Shown here one piece after another: positions 17,578 through 26,140 of a stretch of DNA of 64,000 bases (position 1 is its first letter; every line of letters starts with the position of its first letter). Below the pieces are notes generated by a model. The model searched no databases. It saw nothing but the letters and a program-made list of their open reading frames with translations, and was not told the DNA's origin. This DNA comes from an uncultured delta proteobacterium (GTDB lineage: Bacteria > Desulfobacterota > Desulfobaccia > Desulfobaccales > 0-14-0-80-60-11): assembly GCA_963812015.1 (NCBI GenBank), contig CAWETI010000002.1, forward strand, positions 1,472,001-1,536,000, read 5' to 3'. Made by a program: the position numbers and the translations under genes.

Positions 17578-19832
17578 GACAGATTTTCCTCACGCCTTGG
17601 CAAGGACACGACGCGTTGCGCCCGGGATGCTTCTCGTAACTTCAAGTTAATCAGGATCATGGCAATCTGCTCGACCACGGTTGAGAGAAGCTGTTGAGTA
17701 ATTTCCTTGGGTCGTTCGGCCAGGGTTTCGGGGAGCGCGCCATTTTGCCGGCTCTGGCGGAGGTGGAATACGCCCAAGGTCTCTCCCTGAGCCACAATAG
17801 GCCAGCATTGGTAACTGGACGGCAAGTCCGGCGGTAAATGCTGGCAGAGGAGGTGGGCGCCGGTGTCTTCCACCGAATAAGGTCGGCTGCGCCGCAGGGC
17901 CCAACAATCATCCCGGTCGAACACTTGCTCCTGGGGCGGAGACTCTCCCCAGACACCGGCAACTTCAAATTTGTCATTGAAGTCCGAAGATACATATATC
18001 CCACCGGACAAGTCAGGAAATAAGCGTTGCATATATTTGCCGATAACCGGGACGGAGTCTTGGAATTTTTTGCAGCCTTGGAGGAGATCTCCCATTTCAC
18101 TCAAGAGGCTAATATTATTCGCCAACATCTGGTATTTCAGCTCACCCCGGCGCAGTTCCTCTTGAACGAGCTGATGCGAGATGAATTCGCCGCCGTGGGA
18201 CGGATCCGAAGCGGCGATACGGGCAACTTTGTAGGATGTTGCATCCCAGGATACATAAAAGCCGACCAGGGCGAGAACGAAAGCGAGCATGGCGCCGACA
18301 CCCATCAGCCGATAAAAAGGAAGGGCCTGAATGGAGCCGAAATGGAACAGCGTCCACCCTTCCATTAATATAGGCTGAGTGTAGGCCATCATGGTCTGCC
18401 CGGCAAACTGATAATCTTTGCCATCCACCGGCATCTGCATCAGGATGGGAGGGAAAGGGCCAGGGCCGAATTGTCCGGAAGCCTTCACTTCCTTGACGGT
18501 CGATTCATCCATCGGCCACAAGCTATGGAGGACATCGGCGGGCTGATTGGACAAAACGATAATGCCATGGGAGTCTGCCAGAAACGTAAGGGAGTCGGGG
18601 TCAAAGGCGTTTTTTAACTCGCCGGATGTCCGGATTATCCGTTTGATTACCGCCACCCCGATAATAACACCCCGCTCATTTCGAACCGGGCAACTGGTAT
18701 AATACCCTAAATCCTTGGAGGTTACCCCCAAGGCAAAATAACGACCTTGCAACCCTAGAGACGCTTGCTTAAAATAAGGTCGGAAGCCATAGTTTTTTCC
18801 AACAAAACTATCTGGTTGGCTCCGATTAGAGGAGGCAATGGTTATCCCTTTGAGATCCATGATATAGCAAACACCGTAACCCTCTTCCGTTTGACTGTAA
18901 CGGTCAAGTAGCTCACTAGCCCTGGCGATGAGGGATAAATCGTTGCTGTTAGTCAGGGCGTTAAAGACTCTCGTTGATCCGGCCATCAGCTGGACAAGAC
19001 GATCGGCTTTTTCCATTTCATTGTCGATTATTTCTTTGAGACGTTGGACGGTCCTTTGGTTCTTAGCCAATAGATTGCTGGAAGCCTTATTGCCAAAATA
19101 GTTGATCCCCGAGCTCCCCACTATTCCAACTACAGCGATACAAATCAATCCGATAGTGGCCCCAGAGGTTACTTGGCGATATATCTTTTGAGCCCGGCTG
19201 TCCATCTCACGAATCTTAGCACTCTGGCAGAGGTGCCAGAGGCAGGCGGCTAGACCGATGCCCAGGAGGGTCCGAATTAATTGGATGGGAACTCCCGCGG
19301 CCGCGATAAAAGACGCGGAATTATCAACAAAGCAGGAAGCCAGGGCAAAGAGGACCATGATGACGCCAATCACCGTTAAGGTTTCTTGCCCCTTGGAAGA
19401 CGTTGGCGTCGTGTTAAATATGGTCCAGGCAGCCCACAGACCCCCCACCAGACTCAAACTAAAAATCACATCATCAAGGCCGGCGGCGCCGGTCAGTTTT
19501 CCCACCAGAAGGAGGCCCGCCAAAGGAGGATAAATCCACCACCATGGAACCGGGCGTTCGGCAGTAATACTACCGAGTCGGGCAAATTCTATGAGGAATA
19601 TTAAGGATAAGAACAGCAGGGCGGAGCTCACCTGAAGGTGCCCCTGCATCATCTGGTGGAGCATGGGTAAACTCAGTAATTCGTAAATCCCCCGACAGCA
19701 GGCAAACAGCCCGAACCAGGTCCACGGCAGGAGCCGATTGGTCCGCCGATTTAGGATGGGGGTCAGCCCCCCCACCAATAAGAACGCCAGACCACAAATT
19801 AAATAAAGAAGATCCAGTTGAGTTTCGAACAC
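17574..19832 (-). CDS. Multi-TM membrane sensor with dCache and GAF-like domains, no output domain
   Basis: N-terminal TM block, SFVGKNYGFRPYF (DctB-like dCache), CWALRR GAF motif, ends shortly after INLKLRE. Confidence 0.8.
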   Translation of the reverse strand: MFETQLDLLYLICGLAFLLVGGLTPILNRRTNRLLPWTWFGLFACCRGIYELLSLPMLHQMMQGHLQVSSALLFLSLIFLIEFARLGSITAERPVPWWWIYPPLAGLLLVGKLTGAAGLDDVIFSLSLVGGLWAAWTIFNTTPTSSKGQETLTVIGVIMVLFALASCFVDNSASFIAAAGVPIQLIRTLLGIGLAACLWHLCQSAKIREMDSRAQKIYRQVTSGATIGLICIAVVGIVGSSGINYFGNKASSNLLAKNQRTVQRLKEIIDNEMEKADRLVQLMAGSTRVFNALTNSNDLSLIARASELLDRYSQTEEGYGVCYIMDLKGITIASSNRSQPDSFVGKNYGFRPYFKQASLGLQGRYFALGVTSKDLGYYTSCPVRNERGVIIGVAVIKRIIRTSGELKNAFDPDSLTFLADSHGIIVLSNQPADVLHSLWPMDESTVKEVKASGQFGPGPFPPILMQMPVDGKDYQFAGQTMMAYTQPILMEGWTLFHFGSIQALPFYRLMGVGAMLAFVLALVGFYVSWDATSYKVARIAASDPSHGGEFISHQLVQEELRRGELKYQMLANNISLLSEMGDLLQGCKKFQDSVPVIGKYMQRLFPDLSGGIYVSSDFNDKFEVAGVWGESPPQEQVFDRDDCWALRRSRPYSVEDTGAHLLCQHLPPDLPSSYQCWPIVAQGETLGVFHLRQSRQNGALPETLAERPKEITQQLLSTVVEQIAMILINLKLREASRAQRVVSLPRREENLS

Positions 19833-20284
19833 GTATTTGACCTCCCGGGCTAAGTTGGTACCGATACTGATAACTTTAAAGCGATAAATAATGGATTTTT
19901 AACGAGATTATAAGTAGGGAAACCCTAATTTATCGGTTCTAGAAACCCCAATATCCGAAGAAATTTCTACTGATGGTTAGACAGCGTCTTGAGATAAAAT
20001 TAGTTCAGGGCTAACAGTGACCTTCCTTTTATGGCGCCTGCCCCTGAAGGCTTCTTTTGCTGGCGCGGGTTTTTAACCTGGGCCAACTAATGATAATTAT
20101 TCAGCAATAGATGGGTATACTTCCCGGCTAGTCATCCGTCGCTGAGGAAAAATATCAAACCCCAGGTCCAGCCGCGAGATAAGAAAAATTCGGCGTGGCG
20201 GAGCATGGGGGAATCCCAGCCTCACCCCGGACAGATGCGGACGTGGGCTTTCGGCCAGGGGCGGCGGTTATGCATTTATGAACC

Positions 20285-20349
20285 CAGGCGAGACGCCTAA
20301 GCCACCGTTCCCCAATAAAGAGGAAACCCCGGCTGGAAGCCGGTGCCAC
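20285..20349 (-). repeat. Two REP-like palindromes (same types as 14474-14620)
   Basis: CAGGCGAGACGCCTAAGCCAC and CCGGCTGGAAGCCGGTGCCAC. Confidence 0.7.
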
Positions 20350-20356
20350 GGGGGAC

Positions 20357-20496
20357 TTGACCGAAGGGTTTTTTATCGTATAATAAACGATTCCCCTGGG
20401 CCGCGGTAAGAGTTACGGACGGCCAGGCAGCCGGCGGGACCCCGGGGTGAGTTTTTCAGAAAAAACATTGACAATCTTTCCATGGCCTCATACACT
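20357..20496 (+). promoter_or_regulatory. Tandem sigma70 promoters for tRNA-tuf operon
   Basis: TTGACC-16-TATAAT (20357-20384) and TTGACA-17-TACACT (20468-20496). Confidence 0.7.
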
Positions 20497-20545
20497 TATA
20501 AAGTTAAAATTTGGGCAGTTCTGGCCTGGGAATATGGGGCACGAG

Positions 20546-20620
20546 GCTGGCGTAGCTCAATGGTAGAGCGCCTGATTTGTAATCAGGGGGTTGCGGGTTC
20601 GAGTCCCATCGCCAGCTCCA
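20546..20620 (+). tRNA. tRNA-Thr(TGT)
   Basis: Cloverleaf, anticodon loop TTTGTAA, GTTCGA T-loop, encoded CCA. Confidence 0.97.
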
Positions 20621-20642
20621 GGGGGGCATATTTTTTCAGTCT

Positions 20643-20727
20643 GGAGAGGTACCCGAGTGGCCAAAGGGGACGGGCTGTAAACCCGTTGGCGTAGCCTACG
20701 GAGGTTCGAATCCTCCCCTCTCCACCA
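20643..20727 (+). tRNA. tRNA-Tyr(GTA)
   Basis: Long variable arm, CTGTAAA loop, CCA. Confidence 0.97.
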
Positions 20728-20742
20728 TCATAGCCTCAGGAG

Positions 20743-20818
20743 GCGGGAATAGCTCAATGGCCAGAGCGTCAGCCTTCCAAGCTGAGGGTTGCGGGTTCGA
20801 GTCCCGTTTCCCGCTCCA
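20743..20818 (+). tRNA. tRNA-Gly(TCC)
   Basis: CTTCCAA loop, CCA. Confidence 0.97.
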
Positions 20819-20823
20819 CTTGA

Positions 20824-20900
20824 GCCCACGTAGCTCAGTTGGTAGAGCACATCCTTGGTAAGGATGAGGTTCACCGGTTCGATCCCGGTCGTGGGCTCCA
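20824..20900 (+). tRNA. tRNA-Thr(GGT)
   Basis: TTGGTAA loop, CCA. Confidence 0.97.
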
Positions 20901-20989
20901 TTTACCTTAAGGAAATAGCGTTGCCGCCGGTTCAGGCGGTGAGATAAAGCCGGAAGTCCCCCGCTCCCCGGGGCCGAGTTTTTGGTACT

Positions 20990-21025
20990 TTTTGCAAGTT
21001 TTGCAAGTTTTGTAAGTTTTATAAG
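20990..21025. repeat. 9-nt tandem repeat x4
   Basis: TTTTGCAAG TTTTGCAAG TTTTGTAAG TTTTATAAG. Confidence 0.8.
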
Positions 21026-21053
21026 TGGGCTAATCAAGTTTCGGAGATGTGAC

Positions 21054-22247
21054 ATGGCCAAAAAGAAATTTGAGCGGAAGAAGCCGCACGTGAATGTAGG
21101 GACGATTGGTCATATCGATCATGGCAAGACGACCTTGACCGCGGCCATCACCAAGCATTTGGCCAAGAAGGGATGGGCGTCGTACATTCCCTTTGACCAG
21201 ATCGACAAGGCGCCGGAAGAAAAAGAGCGGGGCATCACCATCGCCCTGGCCCACGTGGAGTACGAGACCGCCAACCGGCACTATGCCCACGTGGACTGCC
21301 CGGGTCACGCCGACTACATCAAGAACATGATCACCGGGGCGGCCCAGATGGACGGGGCGATTCTGGTGGTGGGGGCGGATGACGGCCCCATGCCCCAGAC
21401 CCGGGAGCACATCTTGTTGGCCCGTCAGGTGGGCGTGCCCTTCATCGTGGTCTTCTTGAACAAAGTCGACCTGGTGGACGACCCGGAACTCATCGAGCTG
21501 GTGGAGCTGGAGCTGCGAGAGCTTCTGTCCAAGTACGAATTTCCCGGGGACGACATTCCCATCATCAAGGGCAGCGCCCTGAAGGCGTTGGAGTCCGAGG
21601 ATATCAACTCGCCGGAGGTCAAACCCATCTTCGAGCTGATGGAGGCTTTGGATACTTACATTCCGGAGCCGGTGCGGGACGTGGACAAGCCGTTCCTGAT
21701 GCCCATCGAGGACGTGTTCACCATCAGCGGCCGGGGCACGGTGGTCACCGGCCGGTGTGAGCGGGGCCAGATCAAGGTGGGCGAGGAAGTGGAGATCGTC
21801 GGTTTCGCCCCCACCCAGAAGACGGTGTGCACCGGGGTGGAGATGTTCCGGAAGACGCTGGATTACGGTCAGGCCGGGGACAACGTCGGTCTGCTGCTCC
21901 GGGGCATCAAGAAGGACGAAGTGGAGCGGGGCCAGGTGGTGGCCAAGCCGGGGTCGATCACGCCCCACACGCGGTTCAAGGCCGAGGTGTACGTACTGAA
22001 CAAGGAGGAGGGCGGGCGGCACACGCCGTTCTTCACCGGATACCGGCCGCAATTTTATCTGAGGACCACGGACGTCACCGGGGTGGCCACGCTGCCCGAG
22101 GGAGTGGAGATGGTGATGCCCGGGGACAACGTGTCCATGGAGGTGACGTTGATCACCCCCGTGGCCCTGGAAAAAGAACTCCGTTTCGCCATCCGGGAAG
22201 GCGGCCGCACCGTGGGCGCCGGCGTGGTGAGCGAAATCATAGAATAG
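21054..22247 (+). CDS. tuf: Elongation factor Tu (copy 1)
   Basis: [21 protein letters not shown]; start at ATG 21054. Confidence 0.99.
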   Translation: MAKKKFERKKPHVNVGTIGHIDHGKTTLTAAITKHLAKKGWASYIPFDQIDKAPEEKERGITIALAHVEYETANRHYAHVDCPGHADYIKNMITGAAQMDGAILVVGADDGPMPQTREHILLARQVGVPFIVVFLNKVDLVDDPELIELVELELRELLSKYEFPGDDIPIIKGSALKALESEDINSPEVKPIFELMEALDTYIPEPVRDVDKPFLMPIEDVFTISGRGTVVTGRCERGQIKVGEEVEIVGFAPTQKTVCTGVEMFRKTLDYGQAGDNVGLLLRGIKKDEVERGQVVAKPGSITPHTRFKAEVYVLNKEEGGRHTPFFTGYRPQFYLRTTDVTGVATLPEGVEMVMPGDNVSMEVTLITPVALEKELRFAIREGGRTVGAGVVSEIIE

Positions 22248-22322
22248 TTTGTAAGAGATATCGTCAGCGCCGGGGGCGAGGAAGCTCGTTATACGGCGAC
22301 ATGAGAAATCCTGGAATAAATT

Positions 22323-22472
22323 ATGAGAGATATCGTTACCTTAGCCTGTACGGAGTGCAAGCGTCGGAACTACACGACCACCAAGAACAAGCGGCGGACG
22401 CCGGATCGGCTTGCCTTTCAAAAGTTTTGTTCTTTCTGTCGGACCCATACCCTGCATCGAGAGAGCAAGTAG
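22323..22472 (+). CDS. rpmG: 50S ribosomal protein L33
   Basis: Not in ORF track; [49 protein letters not shown]. Confidence 0.97.
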   Translation: MRDIVTLACTECKRRNYTTTKNKRRTPDRLAFQKFCSFCRTHTLHRESK

Positions 22473-22480
22473 GGAGAGAC

Positions 22481-22557
22481 AGGCCAGTAGCTCCAACGGT
22501 TAGAGCGCCGGTCTCCAAAACCGGATGTTGGGGGTTCGAATCCCTCCTGGCCTGCCA
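22481..22557 (+). tRNA. tRNA-Trp(CCA)
   Basis: CTCCAAA loop; canonical position between rpmG and secE. Confidence 0.97.
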
Positions 22558-22752
22558 GATAGGGTGTGAGACATGGGACCAAGGGGTCGGTAGGTGAGTA
22601 TCCACCATCTAACCGCACATAGATTCTCTCCTTGAATTCCCTTAACGGAGGTGCTCCAGGGTTAAAGCGGACCAGCCTGGATCAGTCCTGGGCCTGTGGC
22701 CCGGCGGCGGGGTGGCGGGCTCATTCGTGTAAGGGGAGCAAGTGAAACCGGT

Positions 22753-23073
22753 ATGAAAAAGATTAAGACCAAACCCAAAACGACCCTGAAAGAAGCCGGT
22801 GGCGACTCTCCCCGGGGACAGGTGGCAAAGATCAGGGCGGGCAAAGCGCGTCCCGGGTGGTTCACCAAGGTGCCGCCGGTGAAGCAGTATTGGGCCCAGA
22901 CCAAGGACTTTCTGGTGGAAGCGGTCCAGGAGCTGAAGAAAACCACCTGGCCGAATCGCAAGGAGACTTTGGGAACCACGGGGGTGGTCCTCATCCTGGT
23001 GTTCATCCTGGCGGGGTATTTGGGGTTGGTGGATTTCCTCCTGTCCCATTTCGTCCAGTATTTTATTCACTGA
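22753..23073 (+). CDS. secE: Preprotein translocase SecE
   Basis: ELKKTTWP motif + single C-terminal TM; start uncertain. Confidence 0.92.
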   Translation: MKKIKTKPKTTLKEAGGDSPRGQVAKIRAGKARPGWFTKVPPVKQYWAQTKDFLVEAVQELKKTTWPNRKETLGTTGVVLILVFILAGYLGLVDFLLSHFVQYFIH

Positions 23074-23090
23074 GGCAAAAAGGCCAGACC

Positions 23091-23621
23091 GTGTCCAAAA
23101 AGTGGTACATCATCCATACCTATTCGGGCTTTGAGCAGAAAGTCAAGGACGCCATAATGGAGCGGGCCCGTTCCCGGGGTCTGGAAGACCTGGTGGAACA
23201 GGTGCTGGTCCCCACGGAGACGGTGGAAGAGATGGTCAAAGGGGAGCGGAAGCTCTCCTCCCGGAAATTTTACCCAGGGTATATCCTGGTGCACATGGAG
23301 ATGACCGACGAATCCTGGCACCTGGTGAAAGACACCCCCAAGGTGACGGGCTTTATCGGCAGCAAAGAAGAGCCGGTGCCCATCCCCGAGGAAGATGCCC
23401 AGAAGATCATCGCCCAGATGCAGGAAGGGGTGCTCAGGCCCAAGCCCAAGATCAAGTTCGAGACCGGGGACAAGGTCCAGGTGACCGACGGGCCGTTTAC
23501 CAATTTCACCGGGGTGGTGGACGAGGTGCGGCCGGATCGGGGCCGGGTGCGGGTGATGATCAGCGTGTTCGGGCGGCCGACGCCGGTGGAGCTGGAGTTT
23601 ACGCAGTTAGAAAAGATATAA
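23091..23621 (+). CDS. nusG: Transcription factor NusG
   Basis: KWYIIHTYSGFE, FYPGY, KOW; GTG start. Confidence 0.97.
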   Translation: MSKKWYIIHTYSGFEQKVKDAIMERARSRGLEDLVEQVLVPTETVEEMVKGERKLSSRKFYPGYILVHMEMTDESWHLVKDTPKVTGFIGSKEEPVPIPEEDAQKIIAQMQEGVLRPKPKIKFETGDKVQVTDGPFTNFTGVVDEVRPDRGRVRVMISVFGRPTPVELEFTQLEKI

Positions 23622-23623
23622 AT

Positions 23624-23690
23624 GCCTTGCCTTGGCGTCTTGGCCTTTCGGGTGATTTTTCTCGCAAAGGCGCAAAGGCGCAAAGGCGCG
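23624..23690. repeat. Inverted 8-mer tandem-repeat hairpin (CGCAAAGG family)
   Basis: CTTGGCGT CTTGGCCT ... CGCAAAGG x3. Confidence 0.8.
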
Positions 23691-23704
23691 GGGAGTTGAG
23701 ATAA

Positions 23705-24130
23705 ATGGCCAAGAAAGTAATCGCCCAGATCAAATTGCAGATTCCGGCGGGGCAAGCCAACCCGTCGCCGCCCATCGGTCCGGCCTTGGGGCAGCACGGG
23801 GTCAATATCATGGAATTCTGCAAAACTTATAATGCCCGCACCGCCGGTCAGGAAGGGACCATCATCCCGGTGTTGATCACCGTGTTTGCCGATCGCTCCT
23901 TCACGTTTGTGACCAAGACGCCGCCGGCGTCGGTCCTGATCAAGCAGATGGCCCAGGTGGCCAAGGGCGCCAAGGAGCCCAGCCGGGAAAAGGTGGGGCA
24001 GATCACCCGGGCCCAGTTGGAGGACATCGCCCGGCAGAAGATGCCGGATCTGAACACCACCAACCTGGAAATGGCCATGCATAGCATCGCCGGGACCGCC
24101 CGGAGCATGGGCATCGAGATTGTTGAGTAG
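23705..24130 (+). CDS. rplK: 50S ribosomal protein L11
   Basis: [17 protein letters not shown]. Confidence 0.98.
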   Translation: MAKKVIAQIKLQIPAGQANPSPPIGPALGQHGVNIMEFCKTYNARTAGQEGTIIPVLITVFADRSFTFVTKTPPASVLIKQMAQVAKGAKEPSREKVGQITRAQLEDIARQKMPDLNTTNLEMAMHSIAGTARSMGIEIVE

Positions 24131-24200
24131 CAGGGGTCAGGGCTCAGGGACCAGGGGCCAGAACCAAAGCTGACCCCTGATCCCTCACCCCTAACCTCTG
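24131..24200. repeat. Inverted 7-mer tandem-repeat hairpin (CAGGGGT / CTGACCC)
   Basis: CAGGGGT CAGGGCT CAGGGAC CAGGGGC CAG ... CTGACCC CTGATCC CTCACCC CTAACCT CTG. Confidence 0.85.
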
Positions 24201-24223
24201 TATTAAAAGGGAGAGTGATACCG

Positions 24224-24934
24224 ATGGCCAAACATGGCAAGCGATATCGGGAGGCCGCCGCGAAGGTGGACCGCAATCAACGCTATCCCTTCCAGGACGC
24301 CGTCAACCTTGCATTGGAGGTATCCTCCAGCAAGTTTGACGAAACCGCGGAGATTGCGGTGGCCCTGGGAGTGAACCCCCGCCACGCCGACCAGATGGTT
24401 CGGGGGGCGGTGGTTCTGCCCAATGGGCTGGGTAAAACCGTGCGGGTCCTGGTGTTCGCCAAGGGAGAGAAGGAAAAAGAAGCCTTAGATGCCGGCGCCG
24501 ATTATGTGGGGGCCGAAGACCTGATAGAACGCATCAAGGGAGGCTGGCTGGATTTCGACAAGGCCGTGGCCACCCCGGACCTCATGGGCACGGTGGGAAA
24601 GATCGGCAAAATATTAGGTCCCCGGGGGCTGATGCCCAACGTCAAGGTGGGGACCGTCACCTTTGAGGTGGCCAAGGCAGTAAGTGAACTCAAAGGCGGC
24701 AAGGTGGAGTTTCGGGTGGACCGGGCCGGAGTGGTGCATGCCCCCATGGGCAAGGCCTCCTTCGGGGCGGAAAAGCTCCTGCAAAACCTGGCGGCCTTCA
24801 TGGATACCCTGCTCCGGCTGAAGCCCACCACCAGCAAAGGCACATACCTGAAGGGCATCCATCTGAGCACGACGATGGGTCCGGGAATTCCCGTAGACAC
24901 CAGCGACGTTAAGAACCTGGTTCGCCTGCTGTAA
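24224..24934 (+). CDS. rplA: 50S ribosomal protein L1
   Basis: [22 protein letters not shown]. Confidence 0.98.
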   Translation: MAKHGKRYREAAAKVDRNQRYPFQDAVNLALEVSSSKFDETAEIAVALGVNPRHADQMVRGAVVLPNGLGKTVRVLVFAKGEKEKEALDAGADYVGAEDLIERIKGGWLDFDKAVATPDLMGTVGKIGKILGPRGLMPNVKVGTVTFEVAKAVSELKGGKVEFRVDRAGVVHAPMGKASFGAEKLLQNLAAFMDTLLRLKPTTSKGTYLKGIHLSTTMGPGIPVDTSDVKNLVRLL

Positions 24935-24946
24935 AGGAGGAGTGGG

Positions 24947-25627
24947 GTGCGTAAGCAAGAAAAAGCCGAAATCGTCCAGGCAATCCAGGAGAAGGTGTCG
25001 AAGTCGCAAATCGGCATCCTGACGGATTTCAAAGGCCTGAAGGTAGAGGATATGACCCGCCTCCGGCGGCAGCTTCAGGAGACCGCCGGTGAGCTCACCG
25101 TGGTGAAGAACACCCTGCTCCGGCGCGCCGCGGCGGGTGATTCTGCCATCAGCCCCCTGATGCCGCACTTCACCGGCCCCAATGCCCTGACCCTGGGGTA
25201 CGAAGACCCGGTGGCGGTGACCAAGGTGCTCATCAAGTTTGCCCAGGATAAACCGATGCTTTCGATCAAGGCGGGGGCCCTGGGGGGCCAGGCCTTGTCG
25301 TTCAAGGACCTGGAAGCACTGAGCAAGCTACCGGCCCGGGAAGTGCTGCTGGGCCAACTGCTGGGCGTGCTGCAGGGCGTGCCCACGGCCCTGGTGACCG
25401 TTTTGGCCGGGGTGATCCGCAACCTGCTCAACGTGCTGGTGGCGTTGAAAGACCAGAAAGCCGAGTCGGAGCAGGCGGCCCCCGAAGCCGCGGCGGCCCC
25501 GGCGGAAACGGCAGGTTCCGAGGCTGAGGCCGCGGCCCCGGCCGAAGCTGAGGCCCCCGAGGCCGAAACCGCGCCGGCCGAGCCCGAGGCGGCGGCCCCG
25601 GCGGATAAGCCGGAAAGCGGCGAGTAA
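24947..25627 (+). CDS. rplJ: 50S ribosomal protein L10 with Ala/Glu/Pro-rich C-terminal tail
   Basis: [14 protein letters not shown]; position between rplA and rplL. Confidence 0.96.
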   Translation: MRKQEKAEIVQAIQEKVSKSQIGILTDFKGLKVEDMTRLRRQLQETAGELTVVKNTLLRRAAAGDSAISPLMPHFTGPNALTLGYEDPVAVTKVLIKFAQDKPMLSIKAGALGGQALSFKDLEALSKLPAREVLLGQLLGVLQGVPTALVTVLAGVIRNLLNVLVALKDQKAESEQAAPEAAAAPAETAGSEAEAAAPAEAEAPEAETAPAEPEAAAPADKPESGE

Positions 25628-25722
25628 GGGCGTTACCTAAAGAGAAGGCTACGGCGAAACACGCAGCCGAAATCATAGCAACATCTGGGACACTATTTGC
25701 TTGAGGACAAGGAGGAACAGAG

Positions 25723-26106
25723 ATGAGCATTTCACGTGCTGAGGTAGTCGACTACCTGGCCAATATGACGGTGCTGGAGCTTTCCACGCTCATCAAGGAG
25801 CTGGAAGAAAAGTTTGGGGTGTCGGCGGCGGCCCCGGTGGCGATGGTCGCGGCGGGCGGCGTAGCGGCGGAGGCGGCTCCGGCGGCGGAAGAGCAAACCG
25901 AGTTCGACGTGGTCCTGACGGTCTGCGGTCCTAACAAGATCCAGGTGATCAAGGAAGTCCGGGCCGTGACCAGTCTTGGCCTCAAAGAGGCCAAGGAAGC
26001 GGTGGAGAATGTGCCCACCACTTTGAAAGAAGCCATTTCCAAGGCAGAAGCTGAAGAAGTCAAGAAGAAGTTGGAAGCTCAGGGAGCTACCGTCGAAATT
26101 AAGTAG
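25723..26106 (+). CDS. rplL: 50S ribosomal protein L7/L12
   Basis: [18 protein letters not shown]. Confidence 0.98.
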   Translation: MSISRAEVVDYLANMTVLELSTLIKELEEKFGVSAAAPVAMVAAGGVAAEAAPAAEEQTEFDVVLTVCGPNKIQVIKEVRAVTSLGLKEAKEAVENVPTTLKEAISKAEAEEVKKKLEAQGATVEIK

Positions 26107-26140
26107 TCCCTGAACTTCGGCCATCCTTCAAGGAGTATCC

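Noticed and set aside
20546..20900. tRNA-targeted prophage or integrative element
   Set aside because: No duplicated tRNA 3' end and no integrase seen.
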